Counted from the first letter of the stretch, positions 19,130 to 39,890 are shown. The stretch: 64,000 nt of DNA from Terriglobia bacterium (GCA_963748015.1 CAVVHE010000004.1:463427-527426); one strand, 5' to 3'. Made by a program: numbers and translations. Notes: a model not told the origin generated them from the sequence alone.

Positions 19130-19138
19130 AGTATACCA
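19130..19138 (-). promoter_or_regulatory. Possible extended -10 element for ubiE
   Basis: The minus strand reads TGG-TATACT about 20 nt upstream of the proposed TTG start. No good -35 is present. Confidence 0.3.
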
Positions 19139-19179
19139 ATCGGGGAATGCGCCCCGGCCGGCCGGGAGTTGCGCGGTTC

Positions 19180-19208
19180 TTGACAATCCCGCGGGCGAAT
19201 GGTAGAAA
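19180..19208 (+). promoter_or_regulatory. Candidate sigma-70 promoter for rplM-rpsI
   Basis: TTGACA (19180-19185), a 17-nt spacer ending in TGG, then TAGAAA (19203-19208). Confidence 0.45.
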
Positions 19209-19274
19209 GACGCTTTCGCCTGAGGCATTTCTGCGCGCTCGAGGGCGCGGCAAGCACGGAACGAGGAAGGGCGG

Positions 19275-19724
19275 ATGCGGACGTACGTGCCCAAGGCAGG
19301 GGACATTCAGAGCGCGTGGTGGATCGTCGACGCCCAGGGCCTGACCCTCGGGCGCCTTTCCACCGTCGTGGCCGAGCGGCTGAGCGGCAAGCACAAGCCG
19401 ACCTACACGCCGTTCCTCGACACCGGCGACCACGTCGTCGTCGTGAACGCCGAGAAGGTCCGGCTCACGGGCCGCAAGCTCAAGGACAAGATGTATCGGC
19501 ACCACACGGGCTACCCCGGGGGCCTCAAGGAGATCCCCGCAGGAAAGCTCCTCGCGAAGCACCCGGAGCGTTTGATCGAGTTCGCGGTGAAGGGGATGCT
19601 GCCGAAGGGACCTCTCGGTCGGCAGATGGTGCGGAAGCTCAAGGTGTATGCCGGCGACCGCCATCCGCACGAGGCTCAGAAGCCCCAGGCGCTCCCGATT
19701 CCCGACGCAGCACGGGCTCGATAG
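19275..19724 (+). CDS. rplM: 50S ribosomal protein L13
   Basis: Translation [20 protein letters not shown]...HHTGYPGG is typical of L13. Confidence 0.95.
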   Translation: MRTYVPKAGDIQSAWWIVDAQGLTLGRLSTVVAERLSGKHKPTYTPFLDTGDHVVVVNAEKVRLTGRKLKDKMYRHHTGYPGGLKEIPAGKLLAKHPERLIEFAVKGMLPKGPLGRQMVRKLKVYAGDRHPHEAQKPQALPIPDAARAR

Positions 19725-19748
19725 CGGCACGGAAGGAGAGGACCGAAC

Positions 19749-20147
19749 TTGAAAGAGGGCGCGATCCAGTACTACGGAACCGGCCGGCGCAAGACCTCCT
19801 CGGCGCGAGTCTACCTCCGCCCCGGCTCGGGCAGCATCCGGGTGAACAACAAGCCGTTCGACGAGTACTTCCCGAACGAGATGCTCAAGATGATCATCCG
19901 GCAGCCGCTGGTGATCACCGAGACCGCGGACAAGTTCGACCTCCACGTCCGGGTTTGCGGCGGCGGCTGCTCCGGTCAGGCCGGCGCGCTGCGCCACGGC
20001 ATCGCCCGGGCCCTCCTGACCTATAACCCGGAGCTGCGGGGCCGTCTCAAGGAGGCGGGATTCCTGACGCGCGATCCTCGCAAGGTGGAGCGGAAGAAGT
20101 ACGGCCGGCCGGGCGCCCGCAAGCGCTTCCAGTTCTCGAAGCGGTAG
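19749..20147 (+). CDS. rpsI: 30S ribosomal protein S9
   Basis: TTG start. [14 protein letters not shown] ... [18 protein letters not shown]. Confidence 0.95.
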   Translation: MKEGAIQYYGTGRRKTSSARVYLRPGSGSIRVNNKPFDEYFPNEMLKMIIRQPLVITETADKFDLHVRVCGGGCSGQAGALRHGIARALLTYNPELRGRLKEAGFLTRDPRKVERKKYGRPGARKRFQFSKR

Positions 20148-20185
20148 GGCGGCGCGGACCCGATTCCAGAAAGGGAGGCAAGCTT

Positions 20186-21100
20186 TTGGTTTCCGTGACG
20201 ATGAAGGATCTCCTGGAGGCCGGCGTTCACTTCGGCCACCAGACGCGGCGCTGGAACCCGAAGATGAAGGAGTACATCTACGGGGCCAGGAACGGCATCT
20301 ACATCATCGACCTCCAGAAGTCGATCCGGAAGCTGCGAGATGCCCTGGCTTTCGTCCACGACCTCGCCTCCAACGGGGGGACGGTGCTGTTCGTGGGGAC
20401 GAAGCGGCAGGCGCAGGAAGTGATCGCCGAAGAGGCGGCGCGATGCGGTCTGTTCCACGTCAATCAGCGCTGGCTCGGCGGGACGCTCACGAACTTCGCG
20501 ACGATCCGCAAGAGCCTGAACCGCCTTCGCGAGCTCGAGGAAACGAGCAGCGTCGAGCGCGCGGCGCACTTCACCAAGAAAGAGGCCGCCCGCCTCGAGA
20601 AGGAGCGCGAGCGTCTCGACAAGGCCCTGATGGGAATCAAGAACATGGAAGGGCTGCCGCAGGCCCTGTTCGTCGTGGATCCCCAGAAGGAGAAGATCGC
20701 CGTGGCCGAGGCCAACAAGCTCGGCATCCCGGTGATAGCGATCGTGGACACCAACTGCGATCCCGAGCCCATCCAGTACCCGATCCCCGGGAACGACGAC
20801 GCGATCCGGGCGATCAAGCTGTTCGCCGGGAAGTTCGCCGACGCGATCATCGAGGGGCGGGGGCTGTGGGAAGCGGTACGGCGCGAGCGAGAGGCCGAGG
20901 CCGAGAAGCGCTCGGCGGCCGGAGTGCAGAACATCGCCGAGCGAGTCCGCGCCCGGGAAGCCCGGCGGGAGAAGCTGCGCGCCCAGGCGCACGCGGCTCG
21001 CGGCGGAAGGTCGCGCGGCGGAGCCCCGTCCGGCGGCCAGCGGCAGGGCGGCGCCGAGGCCCCGGTCACGACGGCGGACGAGCCGGGCGCGGCGGAGTAG
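20186..21100 (+). CDS. rpsB: 30S ribosomal protein S2 (with about 70 aa charged C-terminal extension)
   Basis: TTG 20186 lies 7 nt after [24 protein letters not shown]. Confidence 0.93.
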   Translation: MVSVTMKDLLEAGVHFGHQTRRWNPKMKEYIYGARNGIYIIDLQKSIRKLRDALAFVHDLASNGGTVLFVGTKRQAQEVIAEEAARCGLFHVNQRWLGGTLTNFATIRKSLNRLRELEETSSVERAAHFTKKEAARLEKERERLDKALMGIKNMEGLPQALFVVDPQKEKIAVAEANKLGIPVIAIVDTNCDPEPIQYPIPGNDDAIRAIKLFAGKFADAIIEGRGLWEAVRREREAEAEKRSAAGVQNIAERVRAREARREKLRAQAHAARGGRSRGGAPSGGQRQGGAEAPVTTADEPGAAE

Positions 21101-21121
21101 GCTCGCAACGGAATTCTTCGA

Positions 21122-21156
21122 GCCCCGACGCGGCACGGCCCGCGCCGGGGCTTTTT
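21122..21156 (+). terminator. Hairpin plus T5 run between rpsB and tsf (attenuator/terminator)
   Basis: GCCCCG-A-CGCGG, loop, CCGCG-C-CGGGGC, followed by TTTTT. Confidence 0.45.
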
Positions 21157-21207
21157 GATGCCGGCTCCCCCGCACGGGGGGCGGCGTTCGGATGGAGAGA
21201 CCCCGAG

Positions 21208-21807
21208 ATGGAAATCACCGCAGCCGTCGTCAAGCAGCTCCGCGAGAAGACCGGTGTCGGGATGATGGAGTGCAAGAGCGCCTTGGTCGAGTCCGCCGGC
21301 GACGTCGCCGAGGCGGAGAAGATCCTGCGCAAGCGCGGGGTCGCCGCCGCCGCGAAGAAGGCCGGCAGGGCCACCGGCGAGGGCGCGGTCGCGGCGTACA
21401 TCCACACCGGCGGGAAGATCGGCGTCCTCGTGGAGATCAACTGCGAGACCGACTTCGCCGCGAGAAGCGCGGACTTCCAGTCGCTGGTCCACGACGTCGC
21501 GATGCACGTCGCCGCGGCCGCGCCGCGCTTCGTGCGGCGCGAGGACGTCTTGGAGAGCGTCCTGGCGGAGGAGCGGGAGATCGCGAGGGACCAGGCGGCG
21601 AAGTCCGGCAAGCCCGCCCAGGTCGTGGACAAGATCGTCGAGGGCAAGCTGGAGAAGTTCTACGCCGAGGCTTGTCTCCTCGATCAGCCGTTCGTCAAGG
21701 ACCCGGACAAGACGGTGGGCCAGCTCGTGACGGCCGCGGTCGCCCGGATCGGCGAGAACATCCAAGTGAGACGCTTCGCCCGTTTCGTCCTCGGGGAAGA
21801 CATCTGA
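21208..21807 (+). CDS. tsf: Elongation factor Ts (short form, 199 aa)
   Basis: Internal ATG 21208 of ORF 20443-21807. VKQLREKTGVGMMECKSAL. Confidence 0.93.
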   Translation: MEITAAVVKQLREKTGVGMMECKSALVESAGDVAEAEKILRKRGVAAAAKKAGRATGEGAVAAYIHTGGKIGVLVEINCETDFAARSADFQSLVHDVAMHVAAAAPRFVRREDVLESVLAEEREIARDQAAKSGKPAQVVDKIVEGKLEKFYAEACLLDQPFVKDPDKTVGQLVTAAVARIGENIQVRRFARFVLGEDI

Positions 21808-21891
21808 TCTTTCCCCCCGCGCCCCTTCCGGGCGCGGGCACGGGTCGGGGGCGCGCCGCGGCACGCCCCGGGGCGGAGCGCGGGGGCCGTC

Positions 21892-22611
21892 ATGGATCGA
21901 CCGCTTCGCTACCGAAGGATCCTGCTCAAGCTGTCGGGAGAGGCCCTTCTCGGAGAGCGCTCCCACGGGATCGACACCGGAATCGTCGGCCGGCTCTCGG
22001 ACGAGATCCGGGAGATCCACGATATGGGGGTCGAGCTGGCCCTCGTGGTGGGCGGGGGGAACATCTACCGCGGCAGCGAGGCCGCCGCCGCGGGAATGGA
22101 CCGCGTCACCGGGGACCACATGGGCATGCTCGCGACGCTCATGAACTCGTTGGCGCTCCAGGACGCCCTCGAGAACCGCTCCATCGTGACCCGCGTTCTC
22201 TCCGCGATCGAGATCCGGCAGGTCGCGGAGCCGTTCATCAGGCGCCGCGCGCTGCGGCACCTCGAGAAGGGGCGGGTCGTGATCCTCGCCGCGGGCACCG
22301 GGAATCCCTACTTCACCACCGACAGCGCCGCGGCCTTGAGGGCCATGGAGATGAAGGCCGAGGTGCTCCTCAAGGCCACCAAGGTGGACGGAGTGTACAC
22401 GGCCGATCCGGTCAAGGATCCGTCCGCGACCCTGCTGAAGCACGTCGGTTACCTCGAGGCCCTCGAGCGCGGGCTCCGCGTGATGGACACCACCGCGATC
22501 TCGCTCTGCATGGACAACCGGCTCCCGATCGTCGTGTTCAACATCCGGGTGCCCGGGAACATCCGGAGGATCGTCCTCGGGGAGGACATCGGTTCCACCG
22601 TTTCCGGGTGA
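21892..22611 (+). CDS. pyrH: UMP kinase
   Basis: [10 protein letters not shown] and [10 protein letters not shown] motifs. Confidence 0.93.
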   Translation: MDRPLRYRRILLKLSGEALLGERSHGIDTGIVGRLSDEIREIHDMGVELALVVGGGNIYRGSEAAAAGMDRVTGDHMGMLATLMNSLALQDALENRSIVTRVLSAIEIRQVAEPFIRRRALRHLEKGRVVILAAGTGNPYFTTDSAAALRAMEMKAEVLLKATKVDGVYTADPVKDPSATLLKHVGYLEALERGLRVMDTTAISLCMDNRLPIVVFNIRVPGNIRRIVLGEDIGSTVSG

Positions 22612-22701
22612 CGCCGGATCGAGGCCGGTCGAGCAGGAGCCGTCAGAAAAGCGCCGCGGGGCCAGGACCTGGCAGGGCCGCGAGCCGGAGGCTAGCTGAA
22701 C

Positions 22702-23262
22702 ATGGACGTCAAGACGATCCTGGACCAGATGGAGAAGAAGATGGCGGCGACTTTCGCCGACGCGCGGCACAAGCTCGCCGCCGTGCGGACGGGGCGCGCC
22801 TCGCTCGCCCTGTTCGACGGGGTGATGGTGGACTACTACGGGACGCCGACGCCCTTGAATCAGGTGGCGAAGCTCTCGATCCCGGAGCCCACGCTGATCG
22901 TCGCCCAGCCGTTCGACCCCTCGACGCTGAGCGCCATCGAGAAGGCGATCCAGTCCTCGGACCTCGGGCTGAACCCGAGCAACGACGGGAAGCTGATCCG
23001 CATCCCGATCCCGCCGCTGACCGAGGAGCGCCGGAAGCAGCTCGTGAAGAAGGTCCACGGTCTCGGCGAGGAAGCGAAGACCGCCCTCCGGCAGCTCCGC
23101 CGAGACGCCAACGAAGAGGTCAAGAAGATCGAGAAGTCGGGCGAGATCTCCGAGGACGACGCGCGCCGCGGCCTCGAGGACATCCAGAAGAAGACCGATC
23201 GCTTCTCGGGAGATGTCGACACGCTCGGCAAGAACAAGGAAAAAGAGCTGATGGAGGTCTGA
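22702..23262 (+). CDS. frr: Ribosome recycling factor
   Basis: 186 aa. ...LAAVRTGRASLALFDGVMVDYYG... is typical of RRF. Confidence 0.93.
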   Translation: MDVKTILDQMEKKMAATFADARHKLAAVRTGRASLALFDGVMVDYYGTPTPLNQVAKLSIPEPTLIVAQPFDPSTLSAIEKAIQSSDLGLNPSNDGKLIRIPIPPLTEERRKQLVKKVHGLGEEAKTALRQLRRDANEEVKKIEKSGEISEDDARRGLEDIQKKTDRFSGDVDTLGKNKEKELMEV

Positions 23263-23317
23263 CGTCCGGCGTCTTGCGACGCGGACCGTCGGCCTCGTGG
23301 GCTGCCCGGGGAAGCGC

Positions 23318-24490
23318 ATGCGGGAGATCGCGGGGATCGTGGTCGCCGCCGGGCGGGGGAACCGCCTGGGTGGGGACATCCCCAAGCAGTTTCGGAGGAT
23401 CGGCGGCCGGACGCTGATCGACCGGGCGGTGGCCGCGCTCGCGACGCGGCCGTCCGTGTCGGGAGTGGTCGTCGTGCTCCCTCAAGATCTCTTGACCGGG
23501 GCAGGGGCGGACGAGGTGCGCCGGCTGCCCGGCGTCTTCGCCGTCGCGGGGGGTGGCGAGACGCGCGCGCGCTCCGTCCGTCTCGGGCTCGACGCGGCGG
23601 GGCCGTGCCGCTTCGCGCTGGTCCACGACGCGGCGCGCCCGCTGGTTTCCGCGGAGGTGGTCGACGCGGTCGTCGAGGCGACCGTCCGCCACGGCGCGGC
23701 GGTGCCCGTCGTTCCGGTTCCCGACACCGTGAAGGAGGACGACGGAAACGGCTTCTGCTCGAGGACCGTGGACCGATCGCTCCTTCGACTCGCGCAGACG
23801 CCCCAGGGATCCCGCGCCGACTGGCTCCTCGAGGCGCTCGATCTCGCGCGGAGCGAGAACATGGAGCCGACCGACGAGGCGCAGGCGCTCGAGCGCGCCG
23901 GCCGGCGCGTCGCGCTGGTTCCGGGCGATCCCGGGAACGCGAAGATCACGGATCCGTCCGACCTCGAGGCCGCGAGGCGGCGTTTGGGGGGAATCCCGAT
24001 GGGTCTGAGGGTCGGGACAGGGTTCGACGTGCACGCGTTCGAGGCCGGCAGGTCCCTCGTGCTGGGGGGCGTTCCGTTCCCGGGGGAGACGGGACTCGCC
24101 GGCCACTCCGACGCCGACGTCGTCCTGCACGCCGCCATGGACGCCCTGCTCGGAGCGGCGGCACTCGGAGACATCGGCGTCCACTTCCCGCCCGGAGACC
24201 CGAGGTTCGCCGGCGCGGCGAGCACCGTTCTTGCTCGCGAGGTCGTCCGCCTCCTGCGCGAAAGCGGCTTCGAGATCGTGAACCTGGACCTGACGCTGCT
24301 GGCCGAGCGGCCGCGCATCCGGGCGCGGGCCGAGGAGATGCGATCGCAGATCGCCGCCTGCCTGGGTGTCGCGGCCGGCCGGGTCGGCCTCAAGGCGACG
24401 ACCCTGGAGGGTCTCGGCGCCCTCGGCCGGGGAGAGGGGATCGCGTGCCAGGCCGTGGCACTCGTTCGCGAGATCGGGGAGGACGAGTGA
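23318..24490 (+). CDS. ispDF: Bifunctional 2-C-methyl-D-erythritol 4-phosphate cytidylyltransferase / MEcPP synthase
   Basis: IspD N-terminus IAGIVVAAGRGNRLG. IspF domain GTGFDVHAF...GHSDADVVLHA. An alternative start is GTG 23297. Confidence 0.9.
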   Translation: MREIAGIVVAAGRGNRLGGDIPKQFRRIGGRTLIDRAVAALATRPSVSGVVVVLPQDLLTGAGADEVRRLPGVFAVAGGGETRARSVRLGLDAAGPCRFALVHDAARPLVSAEVVDAVVEATVRHGAAVPVVPVPDTVKEDDGNGFCSRTVDRSLLRLAQTPQGSRADWLLEALDLARSENMEPTDEAQALERAGRRVALVPGDPGNAKITDPSDLEAARRRLGGIPMGLRVGTGFDVHAFEAGRSLVLGGVPFPGETGLAGHSDADVVLHAAMDALLGAAALGDIGVHFPPGDPRFAGAASTVLAREVVRLLRESGFEIVNLDLTLLAERPRIRARAEEMRSQIAACLGVAAGRVGLKATTLEGLGALGRGEGIACQAVALVREIGEDE

Positions 24491-24579
24491 CCCGCCGCCC
24501 CGGCGCAACCGCGTCGTCCCGCGCGGGCCGGCCGAGGCCGTCCGGCGAGAGCCCCGGCCCGGCGCCGGATGCCGCCGAG

Positions 24580-25329
24580 ATGCTCTACGGAGTCCACCCG
24601 GTCCTCGAGGCGCTGGAGGCGGGCAAGAGGACGATCGATCGCATCCTGGTCGCCCGCGATGAAGTTTCGGGGCTGGGCAGGATCCTGCGGCAGGCGAGGG
24701 AGTCCGGGGTTCCGGTGACCCACCTCCCGAAAGAGGTGCTCGCGAGGAAGGTCGGCCGGCGGGAGGTGCACCAGGGCGTCGTGGCGATCGTGTCCGCGGT
24801 GCCGTATGCGGATCCGGACGAGCTTTGCCGGGCCGCGGCCTCCCGCGACAACGGCCTTCTCGTGGCGCTCGACGGGGTCGAGGATCCGAGGAATCTGGGC
24901 GCCACGGTTCGATCGTCCGCGGCGGCCGGGGCGGACGGCCTGCTGCTGGGCGTCGAGGGGTCCGTCGGCTTGACCCCGGTAGCCGCCAAGGCGTCCGCCG
25001 GTGCGGTGGAGAGGCTGCCGGTCGCCCGGGAGCCTCGGCTGAGGCAGCGGCTGCTGGCCTTGAGGGAGGCGGGGTTCCGGGTGCTCGGCCTCGATTCGAA
25101 GGGGTCCTCGGCCTGGGACGGGTTGGAGCTATCCGGCCGCAACGTTCTCGTGGCGGGAGGGGAGGGGCGCGGCCTCCGAAGGAGCATCGCGGAGGTCTGC
25201 GATCACCGGGTTCGCATTCCGCTCGAGCACGGCGTGGAGTCGCTGAACGTCTCGGTGGCGGTCGCGGTGGTCCTGTTCGAGGTGGTTCGCCAGCGTCGCC
25301 GCGCCGGCCAGCGGGGAAGAGAAGACTGA
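24580..25329 (+). CDS. rlmB: 23S rRNA (guanosine-2-prime-O)-methyltransferase, SpoU/TrmH family
   Basis: Internal ATG 24580 of ORF 23605-25329. YGVHPVLEALEAG...DGVEDPRNLGA...ESLNVSVA. Confidence 0.85.
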   Translation: MLYGVHPVLEALEAGKRTIDRILVARDEVSGLGRILRQARESGVPVTHLPKEVLARKVGRREVHQGVVAIVSAVPYADPDELCRAAASRDNGLLVALDGVEDPRNLGATVRSSAAAGADGLLLGVEGSVGLTPVAAKASAGAVERLPVAREPRLRQRLLALREAGFRVLGLDSKGSSAWDGLELSGRNVLVAGGEGRGLRRSIAEVCDHRVRIPLEHGVESLNVSVAVAVVLFEVVRQRRRAGQRGRED

Positions 25330-25346
25330 AAATCCGTGCCAGCCCC

Positions 25347-25375
25347 TTGAAAGGGAAGGGGAGCGCTGGTAACAT
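25347..25375 (+). promoter_or_regulatory. Candidate sigma-70 promoter for the tRNA-tuf operon
   Basis: TTGAAA (25347-25352), a 17-nt spacer, then TAACAT (25370-25375). It lies about 20 nt upstream of the first tRNA. Confidence 0.5.
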
Positions 25376-25393
25376 CTGCCGTTTGTCAAGGCG

Positions 25394-25468
25394 GCTGGCG
25401 TAGCTCAGGGGTAGAGCAGCGGTTTTGTAAACCGCCGGTCAGGGGTTCAAATCCCTTCGCCAGCTCCA
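25394..25468 (+). tRNA. thrU: tRNA-Thr (anticodon TGT), CCA encoded
   Basis: Hand-folded cloverleaf. Acceptor GCTGGCG/CGCCAGC, anticodon loop TTTGTAA, T-loop TTCAAAT. Confidence 0.9.
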
Positions 25469-25561
25469 GGAGCGGACCGGCAAGGGAGCCGGCCGGCGGC
25501 GTCCGGGAGCTGGGAAAAGGTGAAGAGAACGATGGGCCGGCGCGACGTCGAGGGACGGTGC

Positions 25562-25648
25562 GGAGAGGTTCCCGAGCGGTCAAAGGGAGCAGACTGTAAA
25601 TCTGCCGGCCTTGCGCCTTCGGAGGTTCGAATCCTCCCCTCTCCACCA
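25562..25648 (+). tRNA. tyrU: tRNA-Tyr (anticodon GTA), long variable arm, CCA encoded
   Basis: Acceptor GGAGAGG/CCTCTCC, anticodon loop CTGTAAA, T-arm GGAGG-TTCGAAT-CCTCC. Confidence 0.9.
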
Positions 25649-25686
25649 TATGCGGGGACGAAGAGAAGCGCCGAGAGAGTTTTTGG

Positions 25687-25762
25687 GCGGGAATAGCTCA
25701 GCTGGTAGAGCATCAGCCTTCCAAGCTGAGGGTCGCGGGTTCGAATCCCGTTTCCCGCTCCA
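25687..25762 (+). tRNA. glyT: tRNA-Gly (anticodon TCC), CCA encoded
   Basis: Acceptor GCGGGAA/TTCCCGC, anticodon loop CTTCCAA, T-arm GCGGG-TTCGAAT-CCCGT. Confidence 0.9.
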
Positions 25763-25819
25763 CACGATGCGAGGGATTCCGCGGACGCGCGGCCCTGGCG
25801 GAGGATGGCGGCCCACTGG

Positions 25820-25895
<76 letters not shown>

Positions 25896-26038
25896 CGCGT
25901 CCCGGCGCGAGGGCGGTGCGCAGCGGGGTCCGGAAGACGATCGGGATGGTCCTCCCGCGGCGGCGGTGAGGGCCGGGGGCACGGGGCGATTGAGCCGTTC
26001 TCGCGGCGGGACGCCGGGACGGCGGAGAAGGAGTGCCG

Positions 26039-27226
<1,188 letters not shown>

Positions 27227-27250
27227 CCGAGATCGAGTAGCGGAGAGAAC

Positions 27251-27400
27251 ATGCGCGAGAACGTGACGCTCCAGTGCGGCGGGTGCAAGCAGCGTAACTA
27301 CGTTACGACGAAGAACAAGAAGACGACCACGGGAAAGCTCGAGCTGAGCAAGTACTGCCGGTTCTGCCGCAAGCACACGCCCCACAAGGAGACGAAGTAG
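27251..27400 (+). CDS. rpmG: 50S ribosomal protein L33
   Basis: A 49-aa ORF that is not in the supplied track: [49 protein letters not shown]. Confidence 0.9.
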   Translation: MRENVTLQCGGCKQRNYVTTKNKKTTTGKLELSKYCRFCRKHTPHKETK

Positions 27401-27440
27401 CTTCCTCTTCCCGGCGCGGGCGAGAGCCGCGGCGGGGAGC

Positions 27441-27656
27441 GTGGAGATCAACGTGGGCTGGTTCCAGAGATTGAAGACGTTCCTGGTGGAGGTCTGGGCC
27501 GAGCTCCAGAAGACCTCTTGGCCCGGCCGGCGAGAGGTCTACGGGACGACCGTCGTGGTGATCGTCGCGGTGCTGATCTGCGCGGCGTATCTCTACGTCG
27601 TGGACCGGGCGCTGGATTCCGGTCTGCAGTTCCTGTTCACGACCCTGGGGAAATGA
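27441..27656 (+). CDS. secE: Preprotein translocase subunit SecE
   Basis: GTG start. 71 aa with a single TM helix. Its position between rpmG and nusG is canonical. Confidence 0.88.
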   Translation: MEINVGWFQRLKTFLVEVWAELQKTSWPGRREVYGTTVVVIVAVLICAAYLYVVDRALDSGLQFLFTTLGK

Positions 27657-28204
27657 TGTCCACGGAAGCGACCAAGACGCGGCAGTGGTACATCGTCCAC
27701 ACCTACTCGGGGTTCGAGGGGAAGGTGAAGGAGAGCCTTCGCCAGCGCGCGGACGCGATGGGGATGGGAGACGTCATCGAGGACATCCTGATCCCCACCG
27801 AGGAGGTCGTGGAGGTCCGCGACGGGAAGAAGACGCGGTCGACGCGCAAGTTTTTCCCGGGTTACGTGCTGGTGAAGATGGAGATGTCCGACACGGCCTG
27901 GCACGTCGTGAAGAACACCCCGAAGGTGACCGGATTCGTGGGGACGGGAAGCAAGCCGGTGCCGCTCACCGACGCCGAGGTGAACCGGATCGTGAACCAA
28001 GTGGCGGTGTCGGCGGACCGCCCGAAGCCCAAGCTCGAGTTCCACACCGGGGAGACCGTGAGGATCGTGGACGGGCCCTTCAGCAATTTCACCGGCCAAG
28101 TCGAGGAGGTCAACGAGGACCGCTCGACCCTGAAGGTCATGGTCACGATCTTCGGGCGCGCGACGCCGGTCGAGCTGGGGTTCCTGCAGGTGGAGAAGAT
28201 CTGA
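27653..28204 (+). CDS. nusG: Transcription termination/antitermination factor NusG
   Basis: ATG 27653 overlaps the secE stop. [19 protein letters not shown]-terminal KOW domain. Confidence 0.95.
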   Translation: MMSTEATKTRQWYIVHTYSGFEGKVKESLRQRADAMGMGDVIEDILIPTEEVVEVRDGKKTRSTRKFFPGYVLVKMEMSDTAWHVVKNTPKVTGFVGTGSKPVPLTDAEVNRIVNQVAVSADRPKPKLEFHTGETVRIVDGPFSNFTGQVEEVNEDRSTLKVMVTIFGRATPVELGFLQVEKI

Positions 28205-28304
28205 CGGAGCCCGCCGAGGGCCCGCGACGAGGGACCCCGGGAGGCGCGCGCCGGCTCGAGCCGGACGCGGAACGCCGGCCGGGGGCCGGGAACAGGAAGG
28301 CGAC

Positions 28305-28730
28305 ATGGCGAAGAAGGTCATCGGGCTGATCAAGCTGCACATCCCCGCGGGGAAGGCGACGCCGGCTCCGCCGGTCGGGCCGGCGCTCGGGCAGCAGGGC
28401 GTGAACATCATGGATTTCTGCAAGAATTTCAACGCCCGCACCGCGAAGGGGGAGGGGATCCTCACGCCGGTGGTCATCACCGTGTACCAGGACCACTCCT
28501 ACACCTTCGTCACGAAGACGCCCCCCGCGTCGGTGCTGTTGGCGAAGGCCGCCGGGGTACCCAAGGGATCTGGGACGCCGAACAAGCAGAAAGCGGGAAA
28601 GGTGACCCGCGCCCAGATCCAGGAGATCGCGAAGACCAAGCTACCCGACTTGAACTGCGACACCCTGGAGGCCGCCGTCCGCATCGTGGAGGGCAGCGCC
28701 CGTTCCATGGGAGTGGAGATCGTCGGCTGA
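28305..28730 (+). CDS. rplK: 50S ribosomal protein L11
   Basis: [40 protein letters not shown]. Confidence 0.96.
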   Translation: MAKKVIGLIKLHIPAGKATPAPPVGPALGQQGVNIMDFCKNFNARTAKGEGILTPVVITVYQDHSYTFVTKTPPASVLLAKAAGVPKGSGTPNKQKAGKVTRAQIQEIAKTKLPDLNCDTLEAAVRIVEGSARSMGVEIVG

Positions 28731-28741
28731 CTGGAGGTTCC

Positions 28742-29443
28742 ATGTCCACACACGGGAAGAAGTACGAGATCTCGCGGAGCAAGGTGCCGGAAGGCGTCCA
28801 CGACGTCCCGGCGGCCGTCGGAGCGGTCAAGGGCTCCGCGTTCGCGAAGTTCGACGAGACCGTCGAGCTGGCGATGCGCCTCGGGGTCGATCCGAAGCAC
28901 GCCGACCAGATGGTCCGCGGAACGGTCGTTCTCCCTCACGGCACCGGCAAGAGCAAGCGCGTGCTCGTCATCGCCGGCGGCGAAAAGGTGAAGGAGGCCG
29001 AGGCCGCGGGCGCGGACTGGAGCGGCGGGCCGGAGATGGTCGCCAAGATCCAGGAAGGGTGGACCGACTTCGACGCGGTGATCGCCACCCCCGACATGAT
29101 GAAGGAGGTCGGAAAGCTCGGGAAGATCCTGGGCCCCCGCGGCCTGATGCCGAACCCCAAGACCGGCACCGTGACGTTCGACGTCTCGAAAGCGGTGGCG
29201 GAGATCAAGGCCGGCAAGGTCGAGTTCCGCGTGGACAAGACCGCGATCATCCACGTCCCGGTCGGGAGAATCTCGTTCTCCGATCAGAAGCTGGTCGAAA
29301 ACGCCCAGGCGGTGATCCAGGCGGTGATGAAGGCCAAGCCGGCCGCCGCGAAGGGGCGATACCTGCGATCCATCTACCTCTCCTCGACCATGGGGCCGTC
29401 CGTCAAGGTGGACGCCTCGCTGATCGAGTCCGCCGTAGCGTGA
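28742..29443 (+). CDS. rplA: 50S ribosomal protein L1
   Basis: 233 aa, typical L1 sequence ([11 protein letters not shown]...). Confidence 0.96.
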   Translation: MSTHGKKYEISRSKVPEGVHDVPAAVGAVKGSAFAKFDETVELAMRLGVDPKHADQMVRGTVVLPHGTGKSKRVLVIAGGEKVKEAEAAGADWSGGPEMVAKIQEGWTDFDAVIATPDMMKEVGKLGKILGPRGLMPNPKTGTVTFDVSKAVAEIKAGKVEFRVDKTAIIHVPVGRISFSDQKLVENAQAVIQAVMKAKPAAAKGRYLRSIYLSSTMGPSVKVDASLIESAVA

Positions 29444-29451
29444 GGTGATCC

Positions 29452-29988
29452 GTGAACCGCGATCAGAAAAACGCCGCCGTCGTCACGATGGCGGAGCAGT
29501 TCCAGAAGGTTTCCAACGTCTTCATCACGGACTTCACGGGGCTGACCGCGAACCAGTCGGCGGACCTGCGTCGGAAGATCCGGGCCGCCGGCGGCTCCTA
29601 CGAGGTGGTGAAGAACCGGCTCGCGAAGCGGGCGAGCGCCGGGACCGCGGCGGAGAAGCTCGCGAACCAGCTGGTGGGGCCGTGCGGGCTCGCCAGCCAC
29701 GAGTCGGACCCCGTCGGCCTCGCGAAGGTCCTGGCGGATTTCAACAAGGACAACCCGAAGCTCCGTCTGGTCGCGGGCGTGGTGGACGGCCGCGACGTGG
29801 TGGACGCCGAAGGGATCAAGGTCCTTTCGAAGCTGCCCGGCCTGCCCGAGACGCGCGCGCAGATGCTGGCTCTCATCCAGACCCCGGCCACCATGCTGGT
29901 CCGGCTCCTCACGACCCCCGGGTCGCAGATCGCCCGCGCGGTCGACGCGCGCCGCGAGAAGCTCGAGGGCGGGGGCGTCCCGGAATGA
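29452..29988 (+). CDS. rplJ: 50S ribosomal protein L10
   Basis: GTG start only 8 nt after the rplA stop. 178 aa, L10-like. Confidence 0.93.
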   Translation: MNRDQKNAAVVTMAEQFQKVSNVFITDFTGLTANQSADLRRKIRAAGGSYEVVKNRLAKRASAGTAAEKLANQLVGPCGLASHESDPVGLAKVLADFNKDNPKLRLVAGVVDGRDVVDAEGIKVLSKLPGLPETRAQMLALIQTPATMLVRLLTTPGSQIARAVDARREKLEGGGVPE

Positions 29989-30108
29989 CCTTTGTCACGA
30001 AGCTCCGGCGCCCGGCGCCGGTCGGAAATTGAGGACGTATCGTCAGCCGACGCGCCGCGGCGAACCCCGGCGCCGGGAAGACGACAGGAAACACGGAGGA
30101 TTGTTGAG

Positions 30109-30480
30109 ATGGCCGACCTTCAGGCAATTGCGGAGAACCTGAGCTCGCTGACCGTGATCGAGGCCGCGCAGCTCGTCAAGATGCTCGAGGAGAAGTGGGG
30201 CGTTTCCGCCGCCGCCCCCGTCGCGGCCGCCGCGGTCGCCGCCGCGCCGACTGCGGTCGTAGAGGAAAAGACCGAGTTCGACGTGATCCTCAAGGAAGTG
30301 GGCGAGAAGAAGATCAACGTCATCAAGGTCGTCCGTGAGGTGACGAGCCTTGGTCTCAAGGAGGCCAAGGATCTCGTGGACGGGGCGCCCAAGACCGTGA
30401 AAGAGGGCGTCTCCAAGGACGAGGCCGAGACGATCAAGAAGAAGTTCGAGGCCGAGGGCGCCAAGGTCGAGATCAAGTAG
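30109..30480 (+). CDS. rplL: 50S ribosomal protein L7/L12
   Basis: Internal ATG 30109 of ORF 29992-30480, after GGAGG. ...[30 protein letters not shown]... Confidence 0.96.
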   Translation: MADLQAIAENLSSLTVIEAAQLVKMLEEKWGVSAAAPVAAAAVAAAPTAVVEEKTEFDVILKEVGEKKINVIKVVREVTSLGLKEAKDLVDGAPKTVKEGVSKDEAETIKKKFEAEGAKVEIK

Positions 30481-30627
30481 GAGGCTCGCGTGCCGTTTCC
30501 GCAGCCGGCTCCTCCGCGCCGAAGCGGCCCGGGGGCCGGAGAGGTGGATGTCCGGCAGGTTGGATTCGTGTGCCTTCTTGTGCCGCCGCTCCGGGAACGG
30601 GCCGGCCGGCAGGGGGTGTGAAGCGCA

Positions 30628-35100
<4,473 letters not shown>

Positions 35101-35116
35101 GCCGGAGGGAGGAATC

Positions 35117-39367
<4,251 letters not shown>

Positions 39368-39405
39368 CCGGACGGAGCGGCCGGACGGGGTCGGAATTGC
39401 GGGAC

Positions 39406-39435
39406 TTGACCTGGCTCGGGGGGCTCTGCTAGACT
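39406..39435 (+). promoter_or_regulatory. Candidate sigma-70 promoter of the str operon
   Basis: TTGACC (39406-39411), an 18-nt spacer, then TAGACT (39430-39435). It lies about 70 nt upstream of rpsL. Confidence 0.5.
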
Positions 39436-39504
39436 CACCGGGTTTTGCGCATGAACTCATCGCGCAGGCGCGTCGCGCCGGCGGGGTGGAGGAGAGTCAG
39501 AACG

Positions 39505-39879
39505 GTGCCGACGATCAGCCAATTGGTTCGCATCGGGCGGGAGACGATCCGGAGCCGCACCAAGAGCCCGGCGCTCGTTTCGTGTCCGCAGCGGCGCGGG
39601 GTCTGCACCCGCGTGTACACCTCGACCCCCAAGAAGCCGAACTCGGCCCTCCGCAAGGTCGCCCGGGTCCGCCTCACGAACGGGATCGAGGTGACCACTT
39701 ACATCCCCGGCGTGGGGCACAACCTCCAGGAGCACTCGATCGTGATGATCCGGGGAGGCCGCGTCAAGGACCTCCCGGGGGTGCGGTACCACGTCATCCG
39801 CGGGACCCTGGACGCCATGGGCGTCGAGGGCCGGCGGCAGAGCCGTTCGAAGTACGGCGCCAAGCGGCCGAAGTCCTAG
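39505..39879 (+). CDS. rpsL: 30S ribosomal protein S12
   Basis: Internal GTG 39505 of ORF 39445-39879. [12 protein letters not shown]...[19 protein letters not shown]. Confidence 0.96.
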   Translation: MPTISQLVRIGRETIRSRTKSPALVSCPQRRGVCTRVYTSTPKKPNSALRKVARVRLTNGIEVTTYIPGVGHNLQEHSIVMIRGGRVKDLPGVRYHVIRGTLDAMGVEGRRQSRSKYGAKRPKS

Positions 39880-39890
39880 GGGAGAGCGGG

